Shown here piece after piece: positions 30,303 to 41,593 of a stretch of 64,000 nucleotides of DNA; position 1 is the first letter of the stretch; every line of letters begins with the position of its first letter. Below the pieces are notes generated by a model, which was not told the origin of the DNA, ran no database searches, and saw only the letters and a list, made by a program, of their open reading frames with translations. This stretch comes from Bryobacterales bacterium (GTDB taxonomy: Bacteria > Acidobacteriota > Terriglobia > Bryobacterales > UBA6623), in contig OZ252099.1 of NCBI GenBank assembly GCA_965248305.1, forward strand, positions 4,785,981-4,849,980, given 5' to 3'. A program made the translations under genes and the position numbers.

Positions 30303-31889
30303 CTACAGCGGGGGAGGGACGTACGCCGGGTTGGGGCTATGTCGAATCGGGACGTTGGCCTCGATCCACGCTGCCAGCTTGGCCTGCAGTTCTTCCGCAA
30401 TCCGCGGGAACTGGCCCGAAAGCTCCGCGCGCTCGCCAATATCGTCATCGAGGCGATACAGCTCGACATGCGGCGGATCGTAGAACTCGAGCAACTTGTA
30501 GCCGCCCGATAGGATCGCTGCCCCGGGAGCCCTGGCCTGCGGGCTGTAGTGCGGGTAGTACCAGACCAAGTCGCGCGAGTCCCACTCGCCGCGCTCGATC
30601 AGCGAGGCGAGACTCCTGCCGTCAAGCGCCGGCAAGCTGTGCGGATCGACGCCCCCGACCTCCGCAATGAACGGATACAGGTCGGCGTTCGTAACCGGCT
30701 CGCCCTCGATGGTGCCAGGCACGCCCCGACCCGGCCACCGAACAATCAGAGGAACCCGGATGCCCCCTTCATAGAGGTGGCCCTTGCCCGCCCGCAGCGG
30801 CGCGTTGTCGGTCACCGTGTCGAGGCCGCCATTGTCCGAGGCCACGATCACGACGGTGCGATCGTCAATCCCAAGTGCCTCCAGCGCATCGAGGATCCGC
30901 CCCACGCTGTCATCCACCGTTTCGACCATCGCGGCATAGACGGCATTCTTGCCAGAGTCTGAGGCAGCCATCTTCGATTCGTACTTGCGCACGAGATGCT
31001 CGGGAGCCTGCAACGGCGTATGCACCGCGTAATGCGACAGGTACAGAAAGAACTGGCGGTCTTTGTTCGCCTCGATGAACTTCAGTGACTCGTCCGTGAG
31101 GCGATCCGTCAAGTACTCCCCTGCGCTGCTGCGGGCAAGATCCAGATTGGGCATGTCCGGGTTCCACGCCTGCTCCGGCTGTTGGTACGGGAAGAAATAG
31201 CTCGCGGGGCTGCCGTGGGTGTGCCCGGCAACATTGATGTCAAAGCCGTGCTCGCGGGGCCAGTACGGCTCGTGCCCAAGATGCCACTTGCCGATGCTGG
31301 CCGAGACATACCCCACTCCCCTGAGGACTTCAGCGAGGGAGTTGAATTCGTGCCGCAGGTACATGAAGTCCTCGGGCGGCACGATCGCTCCCCGCTCGGG
31401 ATAACGATGGCGACCAATCGCGGTGATGTGCCCCGTGAATCCCACCCGACCCGGATTCTGGCCGGTGATCAGAGCAGCGCGGCTCGGTGAACAAACCGGG
31501 CAGTTCGAATACGCCTGGGAAAAGCGCACGCCCTCGGCCGCAAGCGCGTCGATTCGCGGAGTCTCGTAGAACTGCGACCCTTGGCAGCCGAGATCCATCC
31601 AGCCCAGGTCATCGACCAGCACCAACACCACGTTTGGCGGGCCGGGCTGTGCCTGCCGGCCCCAGTCACACGCCAACAGCGACAGCACGGCAGACAATGC
31701 TGCGACGACCGCCCGAGCGAAGAGCCCCGCACGAGCAGAACTAATTCCGCCGCCCGGGGCTTGCGCTGGGCCACCAGTTTGGGCAATACTGGAACTTCGG
31801 GGTGAATACCCCGAACATCTCGGTCGCGCTGACCGACCAATTGGTTTGGTTTGCGCGCCCCCCTCTTCAGGCTGAACAGGAAACTGCAT
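30303..31889 (-). CDS. Arylsulfatase-family sulfatase (formylglycine type), probable lipoprotein
   Basis: NVVLVLVDDLGWMDLG and the CSPSRAALITG (C-x-P-S-R) active-site motif. A LLAC lipobox-like leader is present. The ORF opens at 31955; the ATG at 31889 is preferred, and the start is uncertain. Confidence 0.88.
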   Translation of the reverse strand: MQFPVQPEEGGAQTKPIGRSARPRCSGYSPRSSSIAQTGGPAQAPGGGISSARAGLFARAVVAALSAVLSLLACDWGRQAQPGPPNVVLVLVDDLGWMDLGCQGSQFYETPRIDALAAEGVRFSQAYSNCPVCSPSRAALITGQNPGRVGFTGHITAIGRHRYPERGAIVPPEDFMYLRHEFNSLAEVLRGVGYVSASIGKWHLGHEPYWPREHGFDINVAGHTHGSPASYFFPYQQPEQAWNPDMPNLDLARSSAGEYLTDRLTDESLKFIEANKDRQFFLYLSHYAVHTPLQAPEHLVRKYESKMAASDSGKNAVYAAMVETVDDSVGRILDALEALGIDDRTVVIVASDNGGLDTVTDNAPLRAGKGHLYEGGIRVPLIVRWPGRGVPGTIEGEPVTNADLYPFIAEVGGVDPHSLPALDGRSLASLIERGEWDSRDLVWYYPHYSPQARAPGAAILSGGYKLLEFYDPPHVELYRLDDDIGERAELSGQFPRIAEELQAKLAAWIEANVPIRHSPNPAYVPPPL

Positions 31890-31890
31890 C

Positions 31891-31933
31891 GCTTGCTTTG
31901 CGGGCCGGGTGCGTAAGCACAGGCTTGCTTTGC
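31891..31933. repeat. Two 11-bp direct repeats GCTTGCTTTGC in the sulfatase/groES divergent region
   Basis: GCTTGCTTTGC occurs at 31891-31901 and 31923-31933, with starts 32 bp apart. The second copy ends 28 nt upstream of the groES GTG. No CIRCE-like TTAGCACTC-N9-GAGTGCTAA was seen. Confidence 0.85.
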
Positions 31934-31961
31934 CCACCCAAATCGGAGGAATCATACCACT

Positions 31962-33934
<1,973 letters not shown>

Positions 33935-33947
33935 GGCAGCCGACCCC

Positions 33948-33989
33948 AAGCGGGCGCGCACGGGCCAAGTGCCCATTCCGCGCCCGCTT
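33948..33989 (+). terminator. Stem-loop after groEL (terminator-like, no U-tract)
   Basis: AAGCGGGCGCG (33948-33958) pairs perfectly with CGCGCCCGCTT (33979-33989). The 20-nt loop contains a GGGC/GCCC substem. The hairpin starts 14 nt after the groEL stop. Confidence 0.55.
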
Positions 33990-34337
33990 AGCTTCCAATG
34001 GAAGCCCAACAGCAAGACCAAACTCTTCGCGGGGAAGCACTTTCCCAAGCCCGTCGGGGTGTGCCGGACTGGATGGATTGGTGATCGGGCCCTCCCTTGC
34101 TACGCATTCGCTCGCTGGCCGCTCAGCAGGGCACCGATCCACAGGTCCGCACCGCTCTACGCGGTAAGCAGCTCCCAGCACGGCAAGGCTTATCGGCAGG
34201 GTCAGCAGCAGCTTGATCAACGCCGGCACTGGCCGCCCACCGACCAGCCTTTGCAGGGCCGATCACCTGCGGCACGCGTTTCGAGTAGAGCCAGTACGAA
34301 GCCTCAGAAGCCTAGCGAAGCGCAGCGCGCTCGCGAG

Positions 34338-34703
34338 CTAGGACTGCCCGGAACATGCCGCTGTGCCAGTTGTCCGCCAAGCTGGTTTCATAGGCAGCTG
34401 ATTGGAACTCGTCCCCGATGGTCGGCTCGCGCAGGGCGATCCTGGCAAGCGCATGGATCTCGTCGAGGAGATCTCAGGCTGAGTGATCGCCCCTATGCGG
34501 TGTGGATTTCGCCCGGTCAGCAAGGCCGCCCGGGCCGCGGCGCAGAGCGGGAGATGCCGGGGAATGCTGGCGGAGGCAAGTACCCGCGGCGATGTGGCGA
34601 TCCAGGTGCGGAGTGCGGACGATGCCGTCGCTGAAGCAACCAAATCGCCGTACCCCATGTCGTTTGCCACAATCAGAATCATGATGGGTCGGCTTGCGCC
34701 CAT
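34338..34703 (-). pseudogene. N-terminal sulfatase fragment (truncated, degenerate active site)
   Basis: IMILIVANDMGYGDL...LPLCAAARAALLTGRNPHRIG mirrors the sulfatase N-terminus, but the C-x-P-x-R motif reads CAAAR. The ORF is only 121 aa, and under 400 bp remains before groEL. Confidence 0.55.
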
Positions 34704-34786
34704 CGCTTAATTCACTCACCTCGCAACGGCAATGCGCCTTAGGGGTGATGGGTATGATACAGACACCCCATTCAAGGAGACTCGCT

Positions 34787-36139
34787 ATGTCGCAATCACT
34801 CCCCAATCGACGGAATTTCTTAGGAGCCGCAGCCGGCAGCTGGCTCTTGGTGCCCGGCGCGCGCGCGGCGACTTCGCCGCGCAAAGTTGGCATCATCGGT
34901 TCCGGCTGGTACGGCAAGGTCGACCTCTTCCGCTTGATCCAAGTCGATCCGGTCGAGGTCGTCGCAATCTGCGACGTCGACAGCAAGACCCTCAAGGCGG
35001 CCGCAGAGATGACTGCCACGCGCCAGCAGTCCGGCAAGGTGCCCCAGACCTACGCAGACTACCGGGAGATGCTGAAACAAGAAGAGTTTGACCTCGTCTT
35101 GGTCGGGACCCCTGACCACTGGCACGCACTTGCCATGATCGAGGCCTGCAAGGCCGGCGCGGACGTGTACTGCCAAAAGCCAATCGGCGTCGACATCCAA
35201 GAATGCCAAGCGATGCTCGCTGCCGCCCGCAAGTACGACCGGGTTGTGCAAATCGGGCTGCAGCGGCGCTCGACACCGCACCTTGCCGACGCGAAAAAAC
35301 GCATCGTCGAAAGCGGCATGCTGGGAGAGATCGGCCACGCGGAAGTCTGCTGCTACTACCACATGCGTGCGCGGAACAACCCGCCTGACATCGAGGCTCC
35401 AGCCCACCTTGACTACGACATGTGGACCGGTCCGGCACCCATGCGTCCCTACAACGAACTGGTCCATCCGCGCAGGTGGCGCGCATTCATGGAGTACGGC
35501 AATGGAATCATGGGCGACATGTGCGTCCATATGCTGGACGCCGTGCGCTGGATGACGGGACTGGGATGGCTGAACAAGGTATCGTCCACCGGCGGGATCC
35601 AGATCCAGAAGGACAGCAAGGCGAACATCGCCGACTCCCAGGTCGCCACGTTTGAATTCGACGAATTCCCCGTGGTGTGGACCCACCGCAGTTGGGGCAC
35701 GGCGCCAGATCCGGCTTACCCATGGGCGTTCTTCATCTACGGCTCTAAGGGCACGCTGAAGGGCAGCGTGCACGGCTGGACGTTCACGCCGGTCGACAGG
35801 CAAGCAAACTCCTTGGAAAGCAAGGTCACGCTCGAACTTGAGCAGTACCCGGAAGACGAGACCGAGCCGGATCTGGAACTGCATTCCGCACCGGCAGTGC
35901 GGCACCACATGATGGACTGGCTGAGGGCGGTCGACGAGCGTTCCCGCCCTGTGGCAGACATCGAAGAGGGGCATATGTCCACGACGGCCTGCATCCTCGC
36001 GAATCTGTCCATGCAACTCGGCCGCGGACTGGAATGGGACGCCGAGCGAGGCGAGGTGCGCAACGATCCCGCGGCCAACAAATTGCTCGCCCGGCCGTAC
36101 CGCAAGCCCTGGGTGCATCCCGATCCTGCCACTGTCTGA
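34787..36139 (+). CDS. Gfo/Idh/MocA-family oxidoreductase with twin-arginine signal
   Basis: MSQSLPNRRNFLGAAAGSWLLVPGARA TAT leader and a KVGIIGSGWYG Rossmann motif. AAGGAGA lies 6 nt upstream of the ATG at 34787. Confidence 0.88.
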   Translation: MSQSLPNRRNFLGAAAGSWLLVPGARAATSPRKVGIIGSGWYGKVDLFRLIQVDPVEVVAICDVDSKTLKAAAEMTATRQQSGKVPQTYADYREMLKQEEFDLVLVGTPDHWHALAMIEACKAGADVYCQKPIGVDIQECQAMLAAARKYDRVVQIGLQRRSTPHLADAKKRIVESGMLGEIGHAEVCCYYHMRARNNPPDIEAPAHLDYDMWTGPAPMRPYNELVHPRRWRAFMEYGNGIMGDMCVHMLDAVRWMTGLGWLNKVSSTGGIQIQKDSKANIADSQVATFEFDEFPVVWTHRSWGTAPDPAYPWAFFIYGSKGTLKGSVHGWTFTPVDRQANSLESKVTLELEQYPEDETEPDLELHSAPAVRHHMMDWLRAVDERSRPVADIEEGHMSTTACILANLSMQLGRGLEWDAERGEVRNDPAANKLLARPYRKPWVHPDPATV

Positions 36140-36254
36140 GATTGGGCTCAAAATCGACGGGCCACACGCCGGATCGGTCTGCTAGAATCCCAAGGCAAAC
36201 CAACAGTGGCCCTGCCCCGCGCAGTGCCACATGAATCAAGAGAGGACTACAACG

Positions 36255-36902
36255 ATGAGACACACAGTCGCGATTGCGTGCGCCATTGCGCTCGCCTGCC
36301 TGGCATTGCCAGTCGCTGCCCAGGACATGAGCTTCTTCATCACGAGCACGGGCTCGGGAGACGGTGCCAACCTAGGCGGGCTCATGGGGGCGGACGCCCA
36401 CTGCCAAAACCTCGCCAAAGCAGCCGGGGGCGGGGGCAAGACATGGAAGGCGTACCTGAGCGCGGAGGCGATGGACGGCAAGCCGGCCATCAACGCACGC
36501 GACCGCATCGGCTCGGGCCCTTGGTTCAATGCCAAGGGCGTCCAGGTCGCTGCCAACGTGGACGACCTCCATTCTGAGAACACCAAGCTCGGCAAGGAAA
36601 ACTCCCTGAACGAGATGGGCAAGGTCGTGAACGGCCGTGGTGACTCGCCCAACCAGCACGACATCCTGACGGGGTCTCAGCTGGACGGCACGGCGCTCTC
36701 GGATGGCGAGAACCACAGCTGCGGCCATTGGATGAGCAACACTGACGGCTCGGGCAGTGCTCAGGTTGGGCATCATGATCGCCAAGGCGGCGGCGCGAAT
36801 CCCAATTCGTGGAACTCGGCTCACGGCTCGCGCGGCTGCAGCCAAGCGAATCTGGTGGCCACAGGCGGCAACGGCTACTTCTACTGCTTCGCTACAAACT
36901 AA
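36255..36902 (+). CDS. Secreted protein with endostatin-like / DUF1554-like (C-type-lectin-fold) domain
   Basis: Signal peptide MRHTVAIACAIALACLALPVAAQ. FFITSTGSGDGANLGGLMGADAHCQNLAKAAG...TWKAYLSA...HDILTGSQLDG...SCGHWMSN...GNGYFYCFA parallels the endostatin pattern ([21 protein letters not shown]...FRAFLSS...VWHGSDPNG...YCETWRT...AYIVLCIE). The comparison is from memory. Confidence 0.55.
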   Translation: MRHTVAIACAIALACLALPVAAQDMSFFITSTGSGDGANLGGLMGADAHCQNLAKAAGGGGKTWKAYLSAEAMDGKPAINARDRIGSGPWFNAKGVQVAANVDDLHSENTKLGKENSLNEMGKVVNGRGDSPNQHDILTGSQLDGTALSDGENHSCGHWMSNTDGSGSAQVGHHDRQGGGANPNSWNSAHGSRGCSQANLVATGGNGYFYCFATN

Positions 36903-36946
36903 GGGTGCCGGACCTGCTCGATCCGGACGGATTGGCGCCCTGCCGC

Positions 36947-38860
36947 ATGCGTGGCGGGGCGTCTGCATTCCTTGCCTGGGAGCGACACAATCCGCGACTG
37001 CGGCTAACGCTGCTGCTGTTGACGCTCTCCGCCCCTTGGCTGGAGGCAGAAGAGTGGCCGAATTACGGCAACGATCCTGGCGGGACACGGTACTCTGCCC
37101 TAGAGCAAATCAACCGCCAAAACGTAGCCGCACTCGAGGTCGCTTGGGAATTCGACAGCCCGGACTTCGCGGACGGCCAGACGGGGACGCCGACCCGATC
37201 TGCCTTTGAAGCGACTCCGCTGATGATCGACGGCACGCTGTACGTGCCCACGCCGCTGGACCGGCTGCTGGCTCTCGATGCGGCAACTGGCCGCAAGCTG
37301 TGGGAGTTCGACACGAAGCTGGACCGCTCGCTCCGGCGCAACCTATTCATCAACCGAGGCCTTGGCTACTGGAAGCAGGGGCAGACCGAACGCTTGGTGC
37401 TCGGCGGCCAGAGCGGCCTGGTCTACTCGATCGACCGCAAAACAGGCAAGCTTGATCCGGCATTCGCGAACGGCGGGATCCTCGACATCACTCCGAGCGC
37501 GCTAGAACACGGTGTCGAGGGGCGTTACTCGCTCACGTCGCCGATCCAGCAATGCGCGAGCACGTTGGTCGTGGGCGGCCTCGTCACGGACGGATTGCCC
37601 AAGGGCCCGAACGGCGACATCCGAGGCTACGACGTCCACACCGGCGACCTGCGCTGGCGGTTCCACACTGTCCCCCGCCCCGGAGAATTCGGACACGAGA
37701 CATGGGGCGGGGATTCCTGGAAGCTGCGGGGCGGCACAAATCTGTGGACCATCGCAAGCGTAGACGAGGAACTCGGCCTGGCTTACGTGGCGTTGGGATC
37801 GCCGTCGCACGACTACTACGGCGGGGACCGACCTGGAGCGAACCTGTTTGGCAACAGCCTAGTGGCGATCGACTGCCGCACGGGCAGCCGGCGGTGGCAC
37901 TTCCAAAGCATTCACCACGACATCTGGGATTGGGACCTGCCGTCCCAGCCGTCGCTGATCGAGGTTGTGCGGGACGGCAAGCCCGTCAAGGCTGTGGCGA
38001 TTGCCACCAAGACGGGGTTCGTGTTCGTCTTCAACCGAGCGACTGGCGAGCCTCTCTTTGACATCGAAGAGCACGCCGTGCCGGCCGGCGACCTGCCTGG
38101 CGAGTACTACCACCCGACCCAGCCCAAGCCCGTGCTGCCCAAACCATTCATCCGCCAGTCAATGCGCGAGGGCGAGATCACCACCGTGACCGAGGAATCT
38201 CGCACGGAATGCATGGAGATGCTTGAGGGGGCTTCGATCGAAGGGCCTCTCTTCCGCCCTCGATTGCGCCAGAAAACCGTGTTCTTTCCGGGCACCAATG
38301 GCGGCTCCAACTGGGGCGGTGGGGCGTTCGATCCCGAGACCGACACGTTCTACATCAACTCCATGGATGTCGGCTCACTGGCAGCGATGGTATCCCGCGG
38401 CGAAGACGCCGAACTCCCCTGGCGCAGCCGCTCAGTGCCGCAAGGGCGGTTCTGGGACTCGAACCTGTACCCTTGCCAGCCGCCGCCCTGGGGGCATTTG
38501 ACGGCCATCGACCTCAATACCGGCGCGTTCCGCTGGCGCAAGGTGCTCGGCGAGTACGACGAGCTCACGAAGCGTGGTGTGCCGCCGACCGGTGCTGCGA
38601 ACCTAGGCGGCCCGATTGTCACCAAGGGTGGGCTGGTGTTCATCGCTGCCACCAACGACAAACGCTTCAGGGCTTTCGACAAGGACAGCGGCGACTTGCT
38701 GTGGGAATACCGCCTGCCAGCCAGTGCGCACGCGACCCCCATGACCTACGTGGCGGGCGGTCAACAGTACATCGCGATCGCGGTGGGCGGAGGCAACAAG
38801 TACAACCCTGGCAGTTTCATGGCCAAGGTAATGGCGTTCCGGCTACCGGCCCAGCAATAG
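36947..38860 (+). CDS. PQQ-dependent dehydrogenase (quinoprotein, 8-bladed propeller)
   Basis: EEWPNYGNDPGGTRYSALEQINRQNVAALEVAWEF N-terminal signature, recurrent W-motif blades, and GGPIVTKGGLVFIAATNDKRFRAFDKDSGDLLWE. The ATG at 36947 is chosen inside the ORF that starts at 36809. Confidence 0.85.
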   Translation: MRGGASAFLAWERHNPRLRLTLLLLTLSAPWLEAEEWPNYGNDPGGTRYSALEQINRQNVAALEVAWEFDSPDFADGQTGTPTRSAFEATPLMIDGTLYVPTPLDRLLALDAATGRKLWEFDTKLDRSLRRNLFINRGLGYWKQGQTERLVLGGQSGLVYSIDRKTGKLDPAFANGGILDITPSALEHGVEGRYSLTSPIQQCASTLVVGGLVTDGLPKGPNGDIRGYDVHTGDLRWRFHTVPRPGEFGHETWGGDSWKLRGGTNLWTIASVDEELGLAYVALGSPSHDYYGGDRPGANLFGNSLVAIDCRTGSRRWHFQSIHHDIWDWDLPSQPSLIEVVRDGKPVKAVAIATKTGFVFVFNRATGEPLFDIEEHAVPAGDLPGEYYHPTQPKPVLPKPFIRQSMREGEITTVTEESRTECMEMLEGASIEGPLFRPRLRQKTVFFPGTNGGSNWGGGAFDPETDTFYINSMDVGSLAAMVSRGEDAELPWRSRSVPQGRFWDSNLYPCQPPPWGHLTAIDLNTGAFRWRKVLGEYDELTKRGVPPTGAANLGGPIVTKGGLVFIAATNDKRFRAFDKDSGDLLWEYRLPASAHATPMTYVAGGQQYIAIAVGGGNKYNPGSFMAKVMAFRLPAQQ

Positions 38861-38887
38861 CGCAACGTATCTGAGCGCCGGAGACCG

Positions 38888-40270
38888 TCAGGAAGCGGTG
38901 CCGAGCGGGGCGCGCTGCAGCCCGGGCCAGATCCGCACCACTCCTAGAACCGCTCGACTCGTGGTCCACACCGCGAAGGCCCACCAAACGGCGTCCAGCG
39001 CCCAAGGCGCTGCCGGATCGGCCCACAGCACAATCGCCCCAGCAGCCACCAGCGCCGACAGAACCGCGTTGCGCAGATAGCGAAAGTCACCGCTGCCAAA
39101 GTGTATGCCGTCCGTCGCAAACGTCAGGCCGCTGACCGGCTGACTCGCGGCTGCAATGCGCCACGGCACCGCGAAGATCGCAGCTGCTTGCGCTGGGATG
39201 TAGATTCGGTGCACCCAAGACTCCGTGGCCAGCATCGCCAGGCAGATGGCGACGCCGCACGCACACGACCACTGGCACACGACCAGCGCCACTTGGCGGG
39301 CCTGACGCCGGTCCCCGTTCCCGAGGAAATAGGCGACCAGGCTCTGGGCCAGGATCGCAAACGAGTCCAAGAAGAGCGCGTTGAAGAACCAGATGCTGCG
39401 GATCACTTGGTGGACGGCGCCGGCACCCGCGCCAATCATGGTGGCCTTGCGCGTACCGAGAATCAAGAAACCGTTCAATGCGGCGGCGCGCAGGAACAAG
39501 TTCACGCCCGCCGACAACAGACTGCCTGCGTGGTGCCAGTCAAATGCATCCGGGCGGCCAAGCCGCCGGAAAGCGGCAGTCACCGCCCATGCCGCGCCAA
39601 GCCACTGGCTGAGCGTGGTTGCTATCGCCGCGCCCGCGACACCCAATGCCGGCACTGCCCCGAATCCAAAGATCAGCAGCGGATCCAGTATCACGTTCAG
39701 GGCGTTCATGCCGACCGCGACCCACAGTGGAGTGCGCATGTCCTGCGCGCCGCGCATCGCGCCAATCGCGGCATAGCTGGCCAGCATTGCGGGCGCGCCG
39801 ACGAGCCGCCAGCCGAGGTAATCAACCGTGAGATCAGCCACCAACCCCTCGGCCCCCATCGCAACGGCAATCGCTCCGCACAGCGGCAAGCCGACAGCCG
39901 CCAATCCAACACCGACCAACAGAGCTACCGAAACGGCGATGAGGCACATCCGGGCCGCGCCGCGGTCAGACACACCCGCCTGCGCGCCCTCTCCGTAGAG
40001 AGTGGCGACGCTAGTCTGCGTTGCCACTCCCAAAAAGCTGAACGCCCAGAACATCGCCGAGAGCACCATCGTCCCGACGCCGAGCGCGGCCAAGGACTCC
40101 GCTCCGAGCCGGGCCACGAATGCGGTGTCGATCAGCCCGGTCAGCGGCTCCGCCACCAGCGAGCCTAGGATCGGAACGCTAAGCGCAGCCACGGTGCGGT
40201 GCGGTTGCGTCACAAAGGGATGCGGGGAGTTCAACCTCCATTCTGCCAAGTTGGCGTCAGGCCCATGCAA
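38888..40270 (-). CDS. MATE-family efflux transporter (DinF/NorM-like)
   Basis: About 12 hydrophobic segments. The N-terminal motif is ILGSLVAEPLTGLIDTAFVARLGAESLAALGV. 460 aa, TTG start. Confidence 0.88.
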   Translation of the reverse strand: MHGPDANLAEWRLNSPHPFVTQPHRTVAALSVPILGSLVAEPLTGLIDTAFVARLGAESLAALGVGTMVLSAMFWAFSFLGVATQTSVATLYGEGAQAGVSDRGAARMCLIAVSVALLVGVGLAAVGLPLCGAIAVAMGAEGLVADLTVDYLGWRLVGAPAMLASYAAIGAMRGAQDMRTPLWVAVGMNALNVILDPLLIFGFGAVPALGVAGAAIATTLSQWLGAAWAVTAAFRRLGRPDAFDWHHAGSLLSAGVNLFLRAAALNGFLILGTRKATMIGAGAGAVHQVIRSIWFFNALFLDSFAILAQSLVAYFLGNGDRRQARQVALVVCQWSCACGVAICLAMLATESWVHRIYIPAQAAAIFAVPWRIAAASQPVSGLTFATDGIHFGSGDFRYLRNAVLSALVAAGAIVLWADPAAPWALDAVWWAFAVWTTSRAVLGVVRIWPGLQRAPLGTAS

Positions 40271-40286
40271 GAATGGAGCTTTCGGC

Positions 40287-40934
40287 GTGGCTGGAATCCT
40301 TTACCTGCACGGATTCTGTTCGAGCTCCAAGTCCGCCAAGGGGGTATTCCTAGCGGCGAAGTTCGCGGCTTTCGGCGTGAGTGTCAACCTGCCGGATCTT
40401 GACGAAGGGGACTTCCGCAATACCACGCTCACCAAGCAGCTCGCCCTAGTCTCGCGCCTAGCCGATGACATCCAACCGGAGTTGCTGATCGGCTCGAGCC
40501 TCGGCGGCTATCTGGCCGCGCTCCACGCAGCTCGACAACCGCGGGCGGTCCCGGCCTTGGTGCTGCTTGCGCCCGCTTTCGACTTCGCGGAGCGGCTTGC
40601 TGCGCTCTTGGGTCCCGCGATGCAAGAGTGGCAACGTCGTGGCCAGCACGAGTTCTTCCACTACGGATTCCAGCGCGAGATCCCGCTGGCCTACGCTTTC
40701 ATCGAGGACGCCAGACGATACGGGCCGTTTCCGGACGTTTGCGCATCAACCAAAATCCTGCACGGGATCCACGACGAAAGTGTCCCGGCGGATCTGTCAG
40801 TGCGCTTCGCCGGTGCGCGCCCCAACGTGGACCTCGAATTGCTCGACACAGACCACCAGATGCTCGACAAGACTGAAGAGATCTGGGCGAGCATCAAGCG
40901 CTTCTACGAAGAAACGCGGTCGGCATCGCTTTGA
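40287..40934 (+). CDS. YqiA-like (UPF0227) alpha/beta esterase
   Basis: ILYLHGFCSSSKSAKG and LIGSSLGGYLAA match the E. coli YqiA pattern LYLHGFNSSPRSAK / VGSSLGGYYA. The GTG at 40287 is chosen; the upstream part of the listed ORF overlaps the MATE gene. Confidence 0.7.
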   Translation: MAGILYLHGFCSSSKSAKGVFLAAKFAAFGVSVNLPDLDEGDFRNTTLTKQLALVSRLADDIQPELLIGSSLGGYLAALHAARQPRAVPALVLLAPAFDFAERLAALLGPAMQEWQRRGQHEFFHYGFQREIPLAYAFIEDARRYGPFPDVCASTKILHGIHDESVPADLSVRFAGARPNVDLELLDTDHQMLDKTEEIWASIKRFYEETRSASL

Positions 40935-40944
40935 GCGGGCGCTT

Positions 40945-41520
40945 TCAGCTGAGGAAGTTCGCCAGCAGCTGCTTGCCGGACGCAGTCAGGATTGATTCGG
41001 GGTGAAACTGCACGCCCTCCACCGGTAGCGTCCGGTGTCGGAGACCCATGATGATGCCGTCGTCGGTCCAAGCCGAGACTTCCAGCTCTGGGGGAAGGGA
41101 CTCGCGCTCAACAATCAGCGAGTGGTACCGAGTCGCAACGAAGTCTTGGTCTAGGCCTTTGAAAACGGTCCGTCCGTCATGCTTGACCAAGCTGGTCTTC
41201 CCATGCATCAGATACGGTGCGCGGACAACCTTCCCGCCAAATGCTTGCCCAATCGACTGATGCCCGAGGCAGACACCCAAGATCGGCACGGTGCCAGCCA
41301 TTTGCCGGATCAGGTCGACTGAGATGCCAGCTTCCGTCGGCGTGCATGGGCCGGGTGAGATGAGTATTCGATCCGGCTTCATCTCCCGGATCTCCCGCAC
41401 CGTGACTTTGTCGTTGCGCCGCACGGTGAGCGAGGCGCCTAGATCACCCAAATACTGCACCAGATTGAAGGTGAACGAGTCGTAGTTGTCAACGACGAAG
41501 ACCATCCCCTTTATTCTCAC
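40945..41520 (-). CDS. trpG: Anthranilate/aminodeoxychorismate synthase glutamine amidotransferase component
   Basis: [29 protein letters not shown] (catalytic Cys) and [10 protein letters not shown]. The start is either the GTG at 41520 or the ATG at 41505. Confidence 0.92.
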   Translation of the reverse strand: MRIKGMVFVVDNYDSFTFNLVQYLGDLGASLTVRRNDKVTVREIREMKPDRILISPGPCTPTEAGISVDLIRQMAGTVPILGVCLGHQSIGQAFGGKVVRAPYLMHGKTSLVKHDGRTVFKGLDQDFVATRYHSLIVERESLPPELEVSAWTDDGIIMGLRHRTLPVEGVQFHPESILTASGKQLLANFLS

Positions 41521-41593
41521 CCGTTCGAGCGGGAGTGGCGGAATCGGCCTAGCTGGCGATTACAATGGACTGCCAAGACCAGCGGAGTATCCC

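Noticed and set aside
34820-36151. 443-aa minus-strand ORF
   Set aside because: It is fully antisense to the Gfo/Idh/MocA oxidoreductase, which has clear TAT and Rossmann motifs, and it has no motif of its own.
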